From a virus, in the IMG/VR virus record IMGVR_UViG_3300032323_000716, positions 32,001 through 96,000 of that record: 64,000 nt of DNA. The stretch is one strand, 5' to 3'. Positions 1-9,140 of this stretch are shown here, in pieces. Positions within the stretch are counted from its first letter, which is position 1; every line of letters starts with the position of its first letter. Made by a program: the position numbers and the translations under genes. The notes under the pieces are model-generated. The model had not been told where the DNA came from. It did no database searches and saw only the letters and a program-made list of their open reading frames with translations.

Positions 1-7
1 TGCAACT

Positions 8-1630
8 ATGCCAGGAGCCGCTGCTCGTTGGGTAAAAGTTATTTGGACTGGAACAGCGTTCCTTGCTTTTGCTTATAACAGCACAAGAACTGCTTATTCT
101 ACTAATGGTTCAACATGGGTAGAAGGTCCTGCACAGCCAAACACTGCTAACTGGTTTACAGCAGCATCAACAGGAACTACTTCTTACACAGTAGCATCTT
201 TAGCAACCAATACAACAAACACTGCCTCTAGCATGGAATTTGCTATAGGAGTTAACTGGTTGACAACTTCTAGCACTACAACTAATGTCAATGTTGGTGA
301 TAGAATTAGATTTATTAGAGATTCCAGTGGTTCAGAAATATTTGGTGGAGTTAGAACTGATGTTGGTTTATATTATTTTGTAACCAGCGTTTACGATTCT
401 ACAAGATTTACAATTTCAACAACAAGCGGAGGCTCTAACTTCTCATTATCAACAGGATCGGGCAGTATGTTGGCATTGACCAGCAAACGTTATGTTCATT
501 CTGTTCTAGGTAACTATCAAAGCAATCCTCGTTGGGTAGTACTTGGTGCTAACTCGCAGGGCGTTTTGAATATTCGTCAAGGTGCAAAAGCCAGAAGTCG
601 TTGTCTAGTATCAGGTGAAGGATTAATTACTGAAATTTGGATACACGAACCAGGATCTGGTTATGTAACTGAACCAACATTAACTATTACAGATCCTAAC
701 AACACCGGAGCAGACGCTACTACACAAGTTAGAATAGGTAATGGTGTAATTGCTCAACCTACATTTACTAACAGAGGTAATAACTACACTGCTGCCGCAG
801 CAGAAATCACAGGCAACGGTTATGCAGATAACTATCAGACCACAGCGTTTGTAGCATTTAAGAACTTTACTGACATTCCTAAAGCAGGTTCTAATGTTCA
901 AATTGCTGGAATTGACGATATCTATTATAGATTAGTTAATGTCACGGGACTGTTACCTAACACAGACGGAACTTATAATGCTACATTGCAATTAAGTCCT
1001 GCCTTAGGTGCTGCAGAGTCTCCAGAACATAATACTGCTGTAAATATTCGCAGACGTTATTCACAGGTTCGACTAACAGGTCACGATTTCTTGGATATTG
1101 GTACTGGTAATTTCACAGAATCTAATTACCCAGGATTACCGTTAAACGATCCTATACCTGCTAACGAAACAGTTGGTCAAGGCGGAGGCCGTGTATTCTA
1201 CACAAGTACTGACCAAGACGGTAACTTTAGAGTTGGCGGATTGTTCAACGTTGAACAGAGTACTGGTGTTGCAACATTGAATGCTGACGCATTTAACATT
1301 GCAGGATTGAACGAACTGTCTCTAGGTTCTGTGGCACTTGGCGGAAGCGGTGCTACTATTTCAGAATTCAGTACAGACCCGTTCTTTACACAGGATTCGG
1401 ATACAGTAATACCTACGCAGCGAGCAATCAAAGCCTATATTACTAGCCAGATCGGTGGCGGTGGATCAAGTCTAAACGTAAACACCCTAACAGCAGGTGT
1501 AATTTACGTAGCAGGACAGTCCATTAGCACAACTACAAATGTTCAAATTAACATAAATAGTAAGGTAAACTTCAAAGGCGGTATAGCGGGTGATGCCCTT
1601 GTGTTAAATTACTTTTTACAAGCAAATTGA
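8..1630 (+). CDS. Virion structural / tail fibre or baseplate protein, C-terminal part (5' truncated by window edge)
   Basis: The reading frame is open from the window start. It is Thr/Ser/Gly-rich, has the same W..v....FlA...aySTnG.tW propeller-type repeat as the 2153-aa protein, and contains PGSGY repeats. Confidence 0.65.
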   Translation: MPGAAARWVKVIWTGTAFLAFAYNSTRTAYSTNGSTWVEGPAQPNTANWFTAASTGTTSYTVASLATNTTNTASSMEFAIGVNWLTTSSTTTNVNVGDRIRFIRDSSGSEIFGGVRTDVGLYYFVTSVYDSTRFTISTTSGGSNFSLSTGSGSMLALTSKRYVHSVLGNYQSNPRWVVLGANSQGVLNIRQGAKARSRCLVSGEGLITEIWIHEPGSGYVTEPTLTITDPNNTGADATTQVRIGNGVIAQPTFTNRGNNYTAAAAEITGNGYADNYQTTAFVAFKNFTDIPKAGSNVQIAGIDDIYYRLVNVTGLLPNTDGTYNATLQLSPALGAAESPEHNTAVNIRRRYSQVRLTGHDFLDIGTGNFTESNYPGLPLNDPIPANETVGQGGGRVFYTSTDQDGNFRVGGLFNVEQSTGVATLNADAFNIAGLNELSLGSVALGGSGATISEFSTDPFFTQDSDTVIPTQRAIKAYITSQIGGGGSSLNVNTLTAGVIYVAGQSISTTTNVQININSKVNFKGGIAGDALVLNYFLQAN

Positions 1631-1641
1631 TGGAGAAATAA

Positions 1642-1962
1642 ATGGCTACAGGATTATTAGGTCAATCAGCATTAGCAGCAGCGACGAACACAACGGTGTA
1701 CACCGTGCCTGCCACTACTTTTACGGTTTTGAGTATAAATGTTTTAAACCGTGGAACAACAGCAGTTGCAGTAAGAGTTGCTCTTGCTGCAACAGGTACA
1801 CCGACCAATGCAGAATGGATAGAATTTGATGTTCAAATTGGTTCTAACGGAGTATTAGAAAGAACAGGTATTATGATGGATTCTGGCAAACGTCTCGTAG
1901 TATTTGCCAGCAATGCCAACGTGTCAGTGAGTGCGTTTGGCATAGAGACTTCAACAGTATAA
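1642..1962 (+). CDS. Small virion structural protein (tail/fibre associated)
   Basis: SD GGAG precedes the ATG. The 106-aa product is beta-rich, begins TNTTVYTVPA, and lies in a tail-gene operon. Confidence 0.5.
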   Translation: MATGLLGQSALAAATNTTVYTVPATTFTVLSINVLNRGTTAVAVRVALAATGTPTNAEWIEFDVQIGSNGVLERTGIMMDSGKRLVVFASNANVSVSAFGIETSTV

Positions 1963-1975
1963 TTAGGAGAACAAA

Positions 1976-2302
1976 ATGGGACGACAAGTATCATCCTTTG
2001 GAACCGATGCAGTAACAAACAGAACCGTAACAAGTACTGGTAACGTCACTGCTGGCGAAAGAATTTTCGCTAACGCAACAGGAGGAGCATTTACCCTAAC
2101 TCTGCCAGCATCACCTGCGGAAGGTGACACTATTCAGATCATCGACGTTGCCGGTATTTTTACAACAAATAACGTAACGATCGCTAGAAATGGACAAAGA
2201 ATTCAGAACCTAAACGAGAATTTAGTTTTAGATATGAACAATGCAGCAGTTACAATGATTTATTCGGGTGCTACCTTCGGTTGGGTATTCATCGGACCAT
2301 AA
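1976..2302 (+). CDS. Small tail-fibre-associated protein
   Basis: SD AGGAG. The motif FTLTLPASPAEGDTIQIID...NNVTIARNG matches the module common in T4-like fibre proteins. Confidence 0.55.
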   Translation: MGRQVSSFGTDAVTNRTVTSTGNVTAGERIFANATGGAFTLTLPASPAEGDTIQIIDVAGIFTTNNVTIARNGQRIQNLNENLVLDMNNAAVTMIYSGATFGWVFIGP

Positions 2303-2314
2303 TAGGAAAATAAA

Positions 2315-3334
2315 ATGGCAAGACTTACTGATCTACTGACCACTAGGGAGATCATGGCCAACCAGCAGAATCTGGAGAAGGGCCGGGTATTCACCGTTAC
2401 CCCTAGTACGATGTTTACCTGCATCCGAGATGATATGGGCTGGTGTTGGACCTCTCCCGGATGCGGAGTTTTAGAAATTGAAATGTGGGGAGCAGCGGGC
2501 GGTGGATCTCGTATGTGTTGCTGTGGTGGCGGCCTACCAGGCAATGCTCCCGGTTATACAAGAAAATGCATAGCGGTATTTTGTAATACAGCAATTTGTG
2601 CCTGTCCAGGAATGGCCTGTAACGCACACGATCTATGCTTTAGCGGTTGCGGCTTGCCAAGTTATTTGAGATGGTGTAATGCTCGAGACTTGTGCGGATA
2701 TAGCAACGGCTGTATGTGTGCCCAAGGCGGTAAAGGTGGCAACAGTTTCTGTTCAACATCAACATCTGTCTACTGCTGTTTTGTAGCAGGCGGATTCTGT
2801 CACACACTATTTGCTAACAGTTGCGGTATTGTATGTAATCAATGTCCAGGCGCCTGGATTGGTTGCGGTTATGGCGGCGACACTAATTGCTGCGGATGTA
2901 TCAGTTATATGCACTTCTTCTGTAATACAGGCAATCCTCGCCCTTGCTATGTACATCAATTCGTTGCTTATTCACCAGGAATATTCAGCGATCAAGGCGG
3001 TGTCATAGCATCTATGGCAGAAGAAGATCCAGAATTTACACAATGGAGCGGCGCAGGGCTATTAAATCATCAATATGCTCAAAACGCTCTAAGCAGATCA
3101 CCAATTAGCGGTATATCATGGATGACCTGTCAAGCAAGTACACAGAGTTGCGGCTGTTACGAAATGTATGGCTGTATGCCGTTTAACTCTTATGGCGTAG
3201 GTGGACTTCCACCATATCCATGTCCGGATGTTAGAGATCACGGTAAACGTGGTGGACATGGTGCTATTAGATTAACTTATAGGGGATCAAATATCGCTGG
3301 TCAGAACTGTGCTAAACTAGGAGGCTCGTACTAA
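2315..3334 (+). CDS. Cys-rich, Gly-rich tail-associated protein, paralogue 1
   Basis: About 36 Cys in 339 aa by hand count. Motifs: NLEKGR, WGAAGGGSRMCCCG, AQGGKGG, SCGCYE, PCPDVRD, RGGHGAIRL. Confidence 0.6.
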   Translation: MARLTDLLTTREIMANQQNLEKGRVFTVTPSTMFTCIRDDMGWCWTSPGCGVLEIEMWGAAGGGSRMCCCGGGLPGNAPGYTRKCIAVFCNTAICACPGMACNAHDLCFSGCGLPSYLRWCNARDLCGYSNGCMCAQGGKGGNSFCSTSTSVYCCFVAGGFCHTLFANSCGIVCNQCPGAWIGCGYGGDTNCCGCISYMHFFCNTGNPRPCYVHQFVAYSPGIFSDQGGVIASMAEEDPEFTQWSGAGLLNHQYAQNALSRSPISGISWMTCQASTQSCGCYEMYGCMPFNSYGVGGLPPYPCPDVRDHGKRGGHGAIRLTYRGSNIAGQNCAKLGGSY

Positions 3335-3335
3335 A

Positions 3336-4565
3336 ATGGCAAAATTATCAAATCTACTAGGAAACAGAGAACTGGCTTTTGAAGATAACCTAGAAAAAGG
3401 TCGTATCTGGGTCTACCACGACGGCAATATGTATTCAACGTTCTGTAATGGATTCTGTTGGAGATCTCCAGGTACTGGTACTGTGCAAATCGATATGTGG
3501 GGTGCTGCTGGCTCAGGCGCACAGATGTGCTGCTGCGGTGCAGGACTTCCAGGTAACGCACCTGCTTATGTAAGAAAATGTATATGTGTAATCTCAGGAA
3601 ATTATATCTGCGGTTACATCGGTCGTTCATGTAATAACTCATCAGCACTGTGCTTTAGAGGTTGCTCTGAGGCTACCTGCGTATGCTGGTTTGGTTGCTC
3701 ACATCACAATTTAAGCGAAGGTGGCCAACTTTGGAATGAATCCGACGAACGGGTTCCAGCAAACCCATGGGGTTGGGGCGGCCAAGGAGCAGATGCATTA
3801 TCTCAATCTAACAGTCAAATTGAAGGTCGCGGCGATCGTAGTAATCTTAACGGCGCTAATCAAGGCTGTATGTTGTGCTGCGACACAGGAAGATGCTGTA
3901 CTGTTGGCCGTTTAGGCGGTAACTTTACTAGAGGTTGCTTGTGCGCACAAGGCGGTAGAGGTGGTATATCATTCTGTATGGATACCAAGTCTCCTTATTC
4001 ATGCTTTAGAACAGGTTATTTCTGCGGCCAAGGCCTAGGACCTGGACATAACATGTGCGATACAGGTAACTCAGCCTGCGGTATGATCTGTAACTGGTGT
4101 CAGAACGGATTTAACGTGGCCTGCGGCTACGGTGGAGATATCAACTGCTGCGGTCTATGGTCATGCACATCATTCCATGCATGTTTGCAGACTTGCCCAT
4201 GTATGTACCAGTATCACGTACCTACTGCTGCTGGAATATTTGCAGAAGATGGCGGTCAGTTTACCTACACTACATACAGTGACGGAAATCCACAGGGAGA
4301 TTGGTCAGGTGCTCCGTTGGCAGCACAGTTTAATGCATTAAAATCGCTAAGCCGCTGGCCTAGCCATCAAGAGCATTACACCTGTTGGAATAACCAAAGA
4401 TCCTGCGGCTGTTATGAAATGCAAGGTTGTATGAACTTTATGCCTGTAGGCGTACCGGGTTCAGCGGCTCATCCATGTCCTAGCGTTCGTGATCATGCTG
4501 GTCGCGGCGGCTTGGGTGCAGTGCGTGTTAAGTTTATTCCTGCTAGTGGTCAAACTTCTTACTAA
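3336..4565 (+). CDS. Cys-rich, Gly-rich tail-associated protein, paralogue 2
   Basis: About 40 Cys in 409 aa, with the same motif series as paralogue 1 plus a ~60-aa insertion. Confidence 0.6.
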   Translation: MAKLSNLLGNRELAFEDNLEKGRIWVYHDGNMYSTFCNGFCWRSPGTGTVQIDMWGAAGSGAQMCCCGAGLPGNAPAYVRKCICVISGNYICGYIGRSCNNSSALCFRGCSEATCVCWFGCSHHNLSEGGQLWNESDERVPANPWGWGGQGADALSQSNSQIEGRGDRSNLNGANQGCMLCCDTGRCCTVGRLGGNFTRGCLCAQGGRGGISFCMDTKSPYSCFRTGYFCGQGLGPGHNMCDTGNSACGMICNWCQNGFNVACGYGGDINCCGLWSCTSFHACLQTCPCMYQYHVPTAAGIFAEDGGQFTYTTYSDGNPQGDWSGAPLAAQFNALKSLSRWPSHQEHYTCWNNQRSCGCYEMQGCMNFMPVGVPGSAAHPCPSVRDHAGRGGLGAVRVKFIPASGQTSY

Positions 4566-4612
4566 TATGGATAAATTAACAGTGACAATAATATTAAAAG
4601 GAGGCCTATAAC

Positions 4613-5605
4613 GTGAGCCTTAGAAGATTAGTCGAACAAAAATTAGACCAGATCAACTACGACGAGTACAATCTGGAAAAAGGCCGCGTATGGGCTTATA
4701 CTCCAGGCACAGAATACGCTAACTTCGTTAATGGATTCTGCTGGATTGCCTGTTGTACAGGGCGAGTAATCCTTGATGTTTGGGGAGCAGGCGGCAGCGG
4801 CGCTAGAATGTGCTGCTGTGGAATGGGAATTCCAGGAAATCCCGGTGCTTATGCAAGAAGATGTATTTGCGTAAACGCAGGTGATTTAGTCTGCGGCTTT
4901 GTAGGTCGTTCATGTAACAACGCTGACACATTGTGTTTCAGAGGTTGTTCAGAAGCCACTTGTGTATGTTGGTTTGGACGAAATCCAAATACTGGTGTTG
5001 CTATCAACGGCTGTATTTGTACACAAGGCGGTCGTGGAGGCACAACATGGTGCTCCACAGGCACAGGCGGCTATTGCTGCTTTACATCCGGTAACTTCTG
5101 TAATACTAACTATGGTGGATCACAGGGTATAATCTGTAACTTTGGCTCAGGCACAGGATCATGCTGTGCAGAAGCCTTTGGTGGAGATATTAACAAGCGT
5201 GGTGGATTTAGTTGTGCCACATTCTGGGGAACTAACGGTAGTTCATGCCCATGTGCTACTCACTATCACGTCGGTGTTCCGCCAGGAATGTTTGCCTGTG
5301 ACGGCGGCGTAGTTACATATACAGTAGAAGCAGATAATGGATTCTCAGAATGGAGCGGTATGGGTTATCATCAGTTTACTTCTGCATTGAACGCTATGAG
5401 TCGTTCGCCTGCTAGAGGTATTCCTTGGACAGCCTGCTACTCAGGACACACAAGAGCATGTGGATGCTATGATGTCAACGGATGCCAGCCGTTTATTCCA
5501 CCAGGAATGGGCGGTTTACCAGCACAGCCATGTCCAGATGTTAGAGACAATGGTTACAGGGGCGGATTGGGATTAGTAAGAATTAACTTTATCGAGAGGA
5601 TATAA
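4613..5605 (+). CDS. Cys-rich, Gly-rich tail-associated protein, paralogue 3
   Basis: GTG start with SD AGGAGG. Same motif series: WGAGGSGARMCCCG, PCPDVRD, RGGLGLVRI. Confidence 0.6.
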   Translation: MSLRRLVEQKLDQINYDEYNLEKGRVWAYTPGTEYANFVNGFCWIACCTGRVILDVWGAGGSGARMCCCGMGIPGNPGAYARRCICVNAGDLVCGFVGRSCNNADTLCFRGCSEATCVCWFGRNPNTGVAINGCICTQGGRGGTTWCSTGTGGYCCFTSGNFCNTNYGGSQGIICNFGSGTGSCCAEAFGGDINKRGGFSCATFWGTNGSSCPCATHYHVGVPPGMFACDGGVVTYTVEADNGFSEWSGMGYHQFTSALNAMSRSPARGIPWTACYSGHTRACGCYDVNGCQPFIPPGMGGLPAQPCPDVRDNGYRGGLGLVRINFIERI

Positions 5606-6249
5606 TGAGAAAAGCATTTAAAGCGGTTCTTCCAGACGAACCATATAAGACAACTACTAAAAAGAACATTACTGTAGATTGCATCTATACCGGAAGACGT
5701 TTCCTGTTGATCCGTTTAAATGGGGATGGTACTATGTTTGCTCTAGAAAGAGCAGCAGAGACAGAAGCAGAATTAGAGCCATTTAAAATGACTCCTGAGC
5801 AATTAGCACTAGATGGAGATACTTTCCAAATTGTGCTAGATGCAGAAGTCAATACTTGGGAAGCAGCACATATTACTCATGACTACGAACACGGTGAAGT
5901 TCCAAATTACAAGGAAACTTTGCCTACTGGAGAAGTCTATGAATATCACTACGATGACTTTTGTGCAGCCTTAGATCAGCCATTCTATGTCAATGATATG
6001 CGTTACGACATTCCAACTAAAACTTGGATACGTCCTCGATACAGAGTTCACGCTGTAACAAGACAAGATTTTCTTGCAGGCATGGCTATTCAGGCTAGAG
6101 TATTCAAAGAAGCATACGATAGCGGAAAATATCTAGCCCAAGATATGGAAAAATTCAAAGAATACTATGAATTTTGCCAATCTGTACCAACTAAGTACGC
6201 TAATGTAGATCATTGGAAGATTAACTGCCCAGCACCTCCAATTATCTAA
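5605..6249 (+). CDS. Hypothetical protein (possible fibre assembly chaperone)
   Basis: Translationally coupled (TAATG) to the Cys-rich trio. It ends in a Pro-rich tail, as fibre-assembly proteins often do. Confidence 0.4.
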   Translation: MRKAFKAVLPDEPYKTTTKKNITVDCIYTGRRFLLIRLNGDGTMFALERAAETEAELEPFKMTPEQLALDGDTFQIVLDAEVNTWEAAHITHDYEHGEVPNYKETLPTGEVYEYHYDDFCAALDQPFYVNDMRYDIPTKTWIRPRYRVHAVTRQDFLAGMAIQARVFKEAYDSGKYLAQDMEKFKEYYEFCQSVPTKYANVDHWKINCPAPPII

Positions 6250-6263
6250 TTAATTTTTAAACC

Positions 6264-6320
6264 AAGAAAGGCCTTGTGCTTATATCCGAGAGGATATATA
6301 ATGCGTACAAGGCCTTTCTT
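6264..6320 (+). promoter_or_regulatory. Long hairpin containing a sigma70-type promoter
   Basis: Perfect 14-bp arms AAGAAAGGCCTTGT (6264-6277) and ACAAGGCCTTTCTT (6307-6320). Inner stem TATATCC-GAGA-GGATATA. TTGTGC (6274)-17 nt-TATAAT (6297). Confidence 0.6.
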
Positions 6321-6332
6321 ATTGGAGTTTAA

Positions 6333-7274
6333 ATGACAAGATCCAAAGCATTTTTTGTAAACGGCGGTGCTGGCCGTATGATTACATCCGTACCTGCTTT
6401 TGAAAAATACGAACAAGAATCTGAAGATAAAGATTTTATTATCGTCTGCGAAGGTGGCACAGACGTATTTAAAGGACACCCAACCTTAGATTCTAGAACC
6501 TACGATGTGTGGCACAAGGGGTTATTCAAAGATTTTCTAAAAAACAGAGAAATCGTAACCACTGAACCTTACAGAATCTGGGAATACTATAATCAACAAT
6601 GTTCCATTGCCCAAGCGTTTGATATACAGATTAATAACAAAGGTATTAGAGAATTACCTAAACCTACATTACGCCTGAGCAAAGACGAACTATTAAATGG
6701 TCGCCAGGTTGTTACTCAAGTTAAAGAAAAATTAAAAAAAGATAAACTTGTGGTTCTTCAACCATTTGGCAGAGGTATCGAGTATATTGACGAAACGCTA
6801 GTAGATAGAACTGCTAGAAGTTTTGAATTAAAAGATGTTAAGCAAATAATTAAAAAATTACAGGAAAACGGATACGCTGTAATATTGATGAGCGAATTTA
6901 AGATTGACCTAGTTGACGCTAAACTCAAAGACGAAGTGGCCATGCCAGAAAATGTATCATTTAGAGTATGGGCTGCTATCGTTAAGTATGCAGATCATTT
7001 CTTAGGTTGCGACAGCCTGGGACAACATCTGTCTTACATTATGGAGACTCCGAGTACTGTGGTTACTGGATCTACATATCCTATTAACGTTTCTTATCCT
7101 GATTGCAAATATTTTGACATTCTAGATATGGGAGAAGTAAGTAGGGAGTACAGTCCTATTAGGATTCTACCAGACGAGCGAGTTGATAGATTGAACGAAA
7201 ATATCATGTCGATGAACGACGACATTACCACACTTATTGTAAATCACGTTTTAGGAAAAAAAGATGACAGTTAA
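6333..7274 (+). CDS. GT-B glycosyltransferase, GT9 / heptosyltransferase-like
   Basis: N-terminal GGAGRMI and C-terminal ADHFLGCDSLGQHL match the GT9 pattern fiG.DSG..HlA. Confidence 0.6.
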   Translation: MTRSKAFFVNGGAGRMITSVPAFEKYEQESEDKDFIIVCEGGTDVFKGHPTLDSRTYDVWHKGLFKDFLKNREIVTTEPYRIWEYYNQQCSIAQAFDIQINNKGIRELPKPTLRLSKDELLNGRQVVTQVKEKLKKDKLVVLQPFGRGIEYIDETLVDRTARSFELKDVKQIIKKLQENGYAVILMSEFKIDLVDAKLKDEVAMPENVSFRVWAAIVKYADHFLGCDSLGQHLSYIMETPSTVVTGSTYPINVSYPDCKYFDILDMGEVSREYSPIRILPDERVDRLNENIMSMNDDITTLIVNHVLGKKDDS

Positions 7275-9096
7275 AACTATCGAATTAAAAAAAGAAAAAA
7301 AGCCTGTTTGGATTGCGGCAATTGCTCGAGGTCACAACAGTGGAGTTTGTCTTCTAAAAGACGGTGAAATAGTATTTGCCATAGAAGAAGAAAGATTCAC
7401 AAGACAAAAATATGACGGTGGTCCGCTTGCATCTATGGTCAAAATCTTAGAATACACGGACAAGTTAGATTATCTAATTATTGCACATACACAAAATCTG
7501 CAAGAAACTGCAGGAAAGATTGATTATACTGGCGACGATATTTACACTGGTTTGGCTAGAAAATTAAACTTGATCGATCGCAAAGTTAAAGATTTGCATC
7601 GCCATCCACAGGTCATTGATCTAAGTTTCATGCATCACAAATTACATTCTGCTTGTGCTTTTTATCGCAGCGGTTTCAAAGATGCTGTTAGCGTAGTAGT
7701 AGATGGCGCAGGTACGTTTTATCAAATGTCTTACAACGAAATGCCAATGTGGGTATGGGAAGTAGAATCTATTGTTAATTGTGATTATCCTGCAGAATTT
7801 AAAACACTTTACAAGCACTACGGAACCAAAGAACCTATTGCAGGTGCTTACATGCCTAACTTCCCGTCCAGCAATCTAGGCGAAGACGGCGAAACACACG
7901 AAGCATGGGTAACTGATCGTGCAGGTATTGTTAAAGCCTACGAAGGAGTTACAGAATACTGTGGTTTTTCAGCAATTGAGGCTGGCAAGACCATGGGACT
8001 ATTTCCTTACGGTAAACCCAACGACAAGATTCCTCCGTTGTTCGACGACACATCAAAGATTCCGTTAACTAACAGAAACTTGTTTGTTCCTAAGTACCCA
8101 ATGAGCAGCATGGTCAACGGAAATCTTTTTGACTTCTTAGACGAAATGCCTCAGAATCCCGGAGACGATGTTACATATCTACAGAGTCGCAGAGACATGG
8201 CCTATGCTGTGCAGACTCAGACACAAGAACAAGTTCTTAAATTGATTAAAGAATCAGTTAAGAGAACTGGTCGTAAGAATGTTGTGCTTAGTGGCGGTTA
8301 CGGTCTAAACTGTGTGGCCAACTATTATTATCTCACAGAACTAAACAAAGAAGGTATTAACCTATACGTCGAACCTATCAGCAATGATGCAGGAACAGCA
8401 ATTGGTGCTGCTCTTATGTTCTGGCACGGTATGCATCACGACGAAACTATTCGTGTACATGACAGTTTGTACCTTGGTCCTAAATATACATATTCTGTTG
8501 AAGAGATTGAAAGCAAAGTTGCTGCTATTAAAGATGCAGTAGTTACTGATGCTGCACACAAAGATGTTGTTAAGTTATTGCGTGAAAAGAATATTGTTAC
8601 TATTTTCCAAGGACGTTCAGAAAATGGTCCAAGAGCATTAGGCAATCGAAGTGTACTGTTTGACCCAACATTCAAAGACGGCAAAGACTTTGTAAACATG
8701 GTCAAGCGTCGTGAATACTTCCGTCCATTTGCTGGCAGTATTCTAGAAGAAGATGTTCATGAATGGTTTGATTTGCGTGGAATGAAAAATAGTCCGTTTA
8801 TGATGTACGCTGTTAACTGCCAACCGGGCGTTGAGGAAAAGATTCCAAGTATTATTCACGAGGATCATACCTGCCGTATTCAAACAGTTAATCGCGAGCA
8901 AAATCCTCACTACTACGATTTGATTAAAACATTCAAAGACGAAACTGGAATTCCTATTGTTTTCAATACCAGTTTTAATCTAGGCGGCGAACCCCTAGTA
9001 GAAACACTAGACGATGCACTATGGACCTTAGAAAAGTCCGATATTGAGTATCTGTATCTTCCTGAATACGGAAAATTAGTTAAAGTTCCTAATTAA
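7264..9096 (+). CDS. Carbamoyltransferase, NodU/CmcH/TobZ family, full length
   Basis: Kae1-like domain motifs GHNS, EEERFTR, HHKLHS, VVDGAG, GKTMGL, SGGYGLNC and NDAGTAIGA. YrdC-like domain motifs GPRALGNRS, KRREYFRPFA, CRIQTV and NTSFN. Confidence 0.92.
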   Translation: MTVKTIELKKEKKPVWIAAIARGHNSGVCLLKDGEIVFAIEEERFTRQKYDGGPLASMVKILEYTDKLDYLIIAHTQNLQETAGKIDYTGDDIYTGLARKLNLIDRKVKDLHRHPQVIDLSFMHHKLHSACAFYRSGFKDAVSVVVDGAGTFYQMSYNEMPMWVWEVESIVNCDYPAEFKTLYKHYGTKEPIAGAYMPNFPSSNLGEDGETHEAWVTDRAGIVKAYEGVTEYCGFSAIEAGKTMGLFPYGKPNDKIPPLFDDTSKIPLTNRNLFVPKYPMSSMVNGNLFDFLDEMPQNPGDDVTYLQSRRDMAYAVQTQTQEQVLKLIKESVKRTGRKNVVLSGGYGLNCVANYYYLTELNKEGINLYVEPISNDAGTAIGAALMFWHGMHHDETIRVHDSLYLGPKYTYSVEEIESKVAAIKDAVVTDAAHKDVVKLLREKNIVTIFQGRSENGPRALGNRSVLFDPTFKDGKDFVNMVKRREYFRPFAGSILEEDVHEWFDLRGMKNSPFMMYAVNCQPGVEEKIPSIIHEDHTCRIQTVNREQNPHYYDLIKTFKDETGIPIVFNTSFNLGGEPLVETLDDALWTLEKSDIEYLYLPEYGKLVKVPN

Positions 9097-9101
9097 GGTA
9101 T

Positions 9102-9135
9102 ATCCGATCTATGGTAAATACACTATAGATCGGAT
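9102..9135 (+). promoter_or_regulatory. Hairpin with late-type TAAATA box in its loop (terminator / RBS-occluding element)
   Basis: 11-bp arms ATCCGATCTAT (9102-9112) and ATAGATCGGAT (9125-9135). TAAATA lies at 9115-9120 and the next ATG at 9141. Confidence 0.55.
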
Positions 9136-9140
9136 TTCTT

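Noticed and set aside
2315-5605. Cys-rich proteins as RiPP precursors, metallothioneins or eukaryotic contamination
   Set aside because: They are too long for RiPP precursors and no radical SAM or YcaO enzyme is nearby. They have SD sites, no introns, and sit in a continuous phage tail operon.
2315-5605. Diversity-generating retroelement target/template repeats
   Set aside because: Similarity among the paralogues is at protein level with changes at all bases, and there is no reverse transcriptase in the window.
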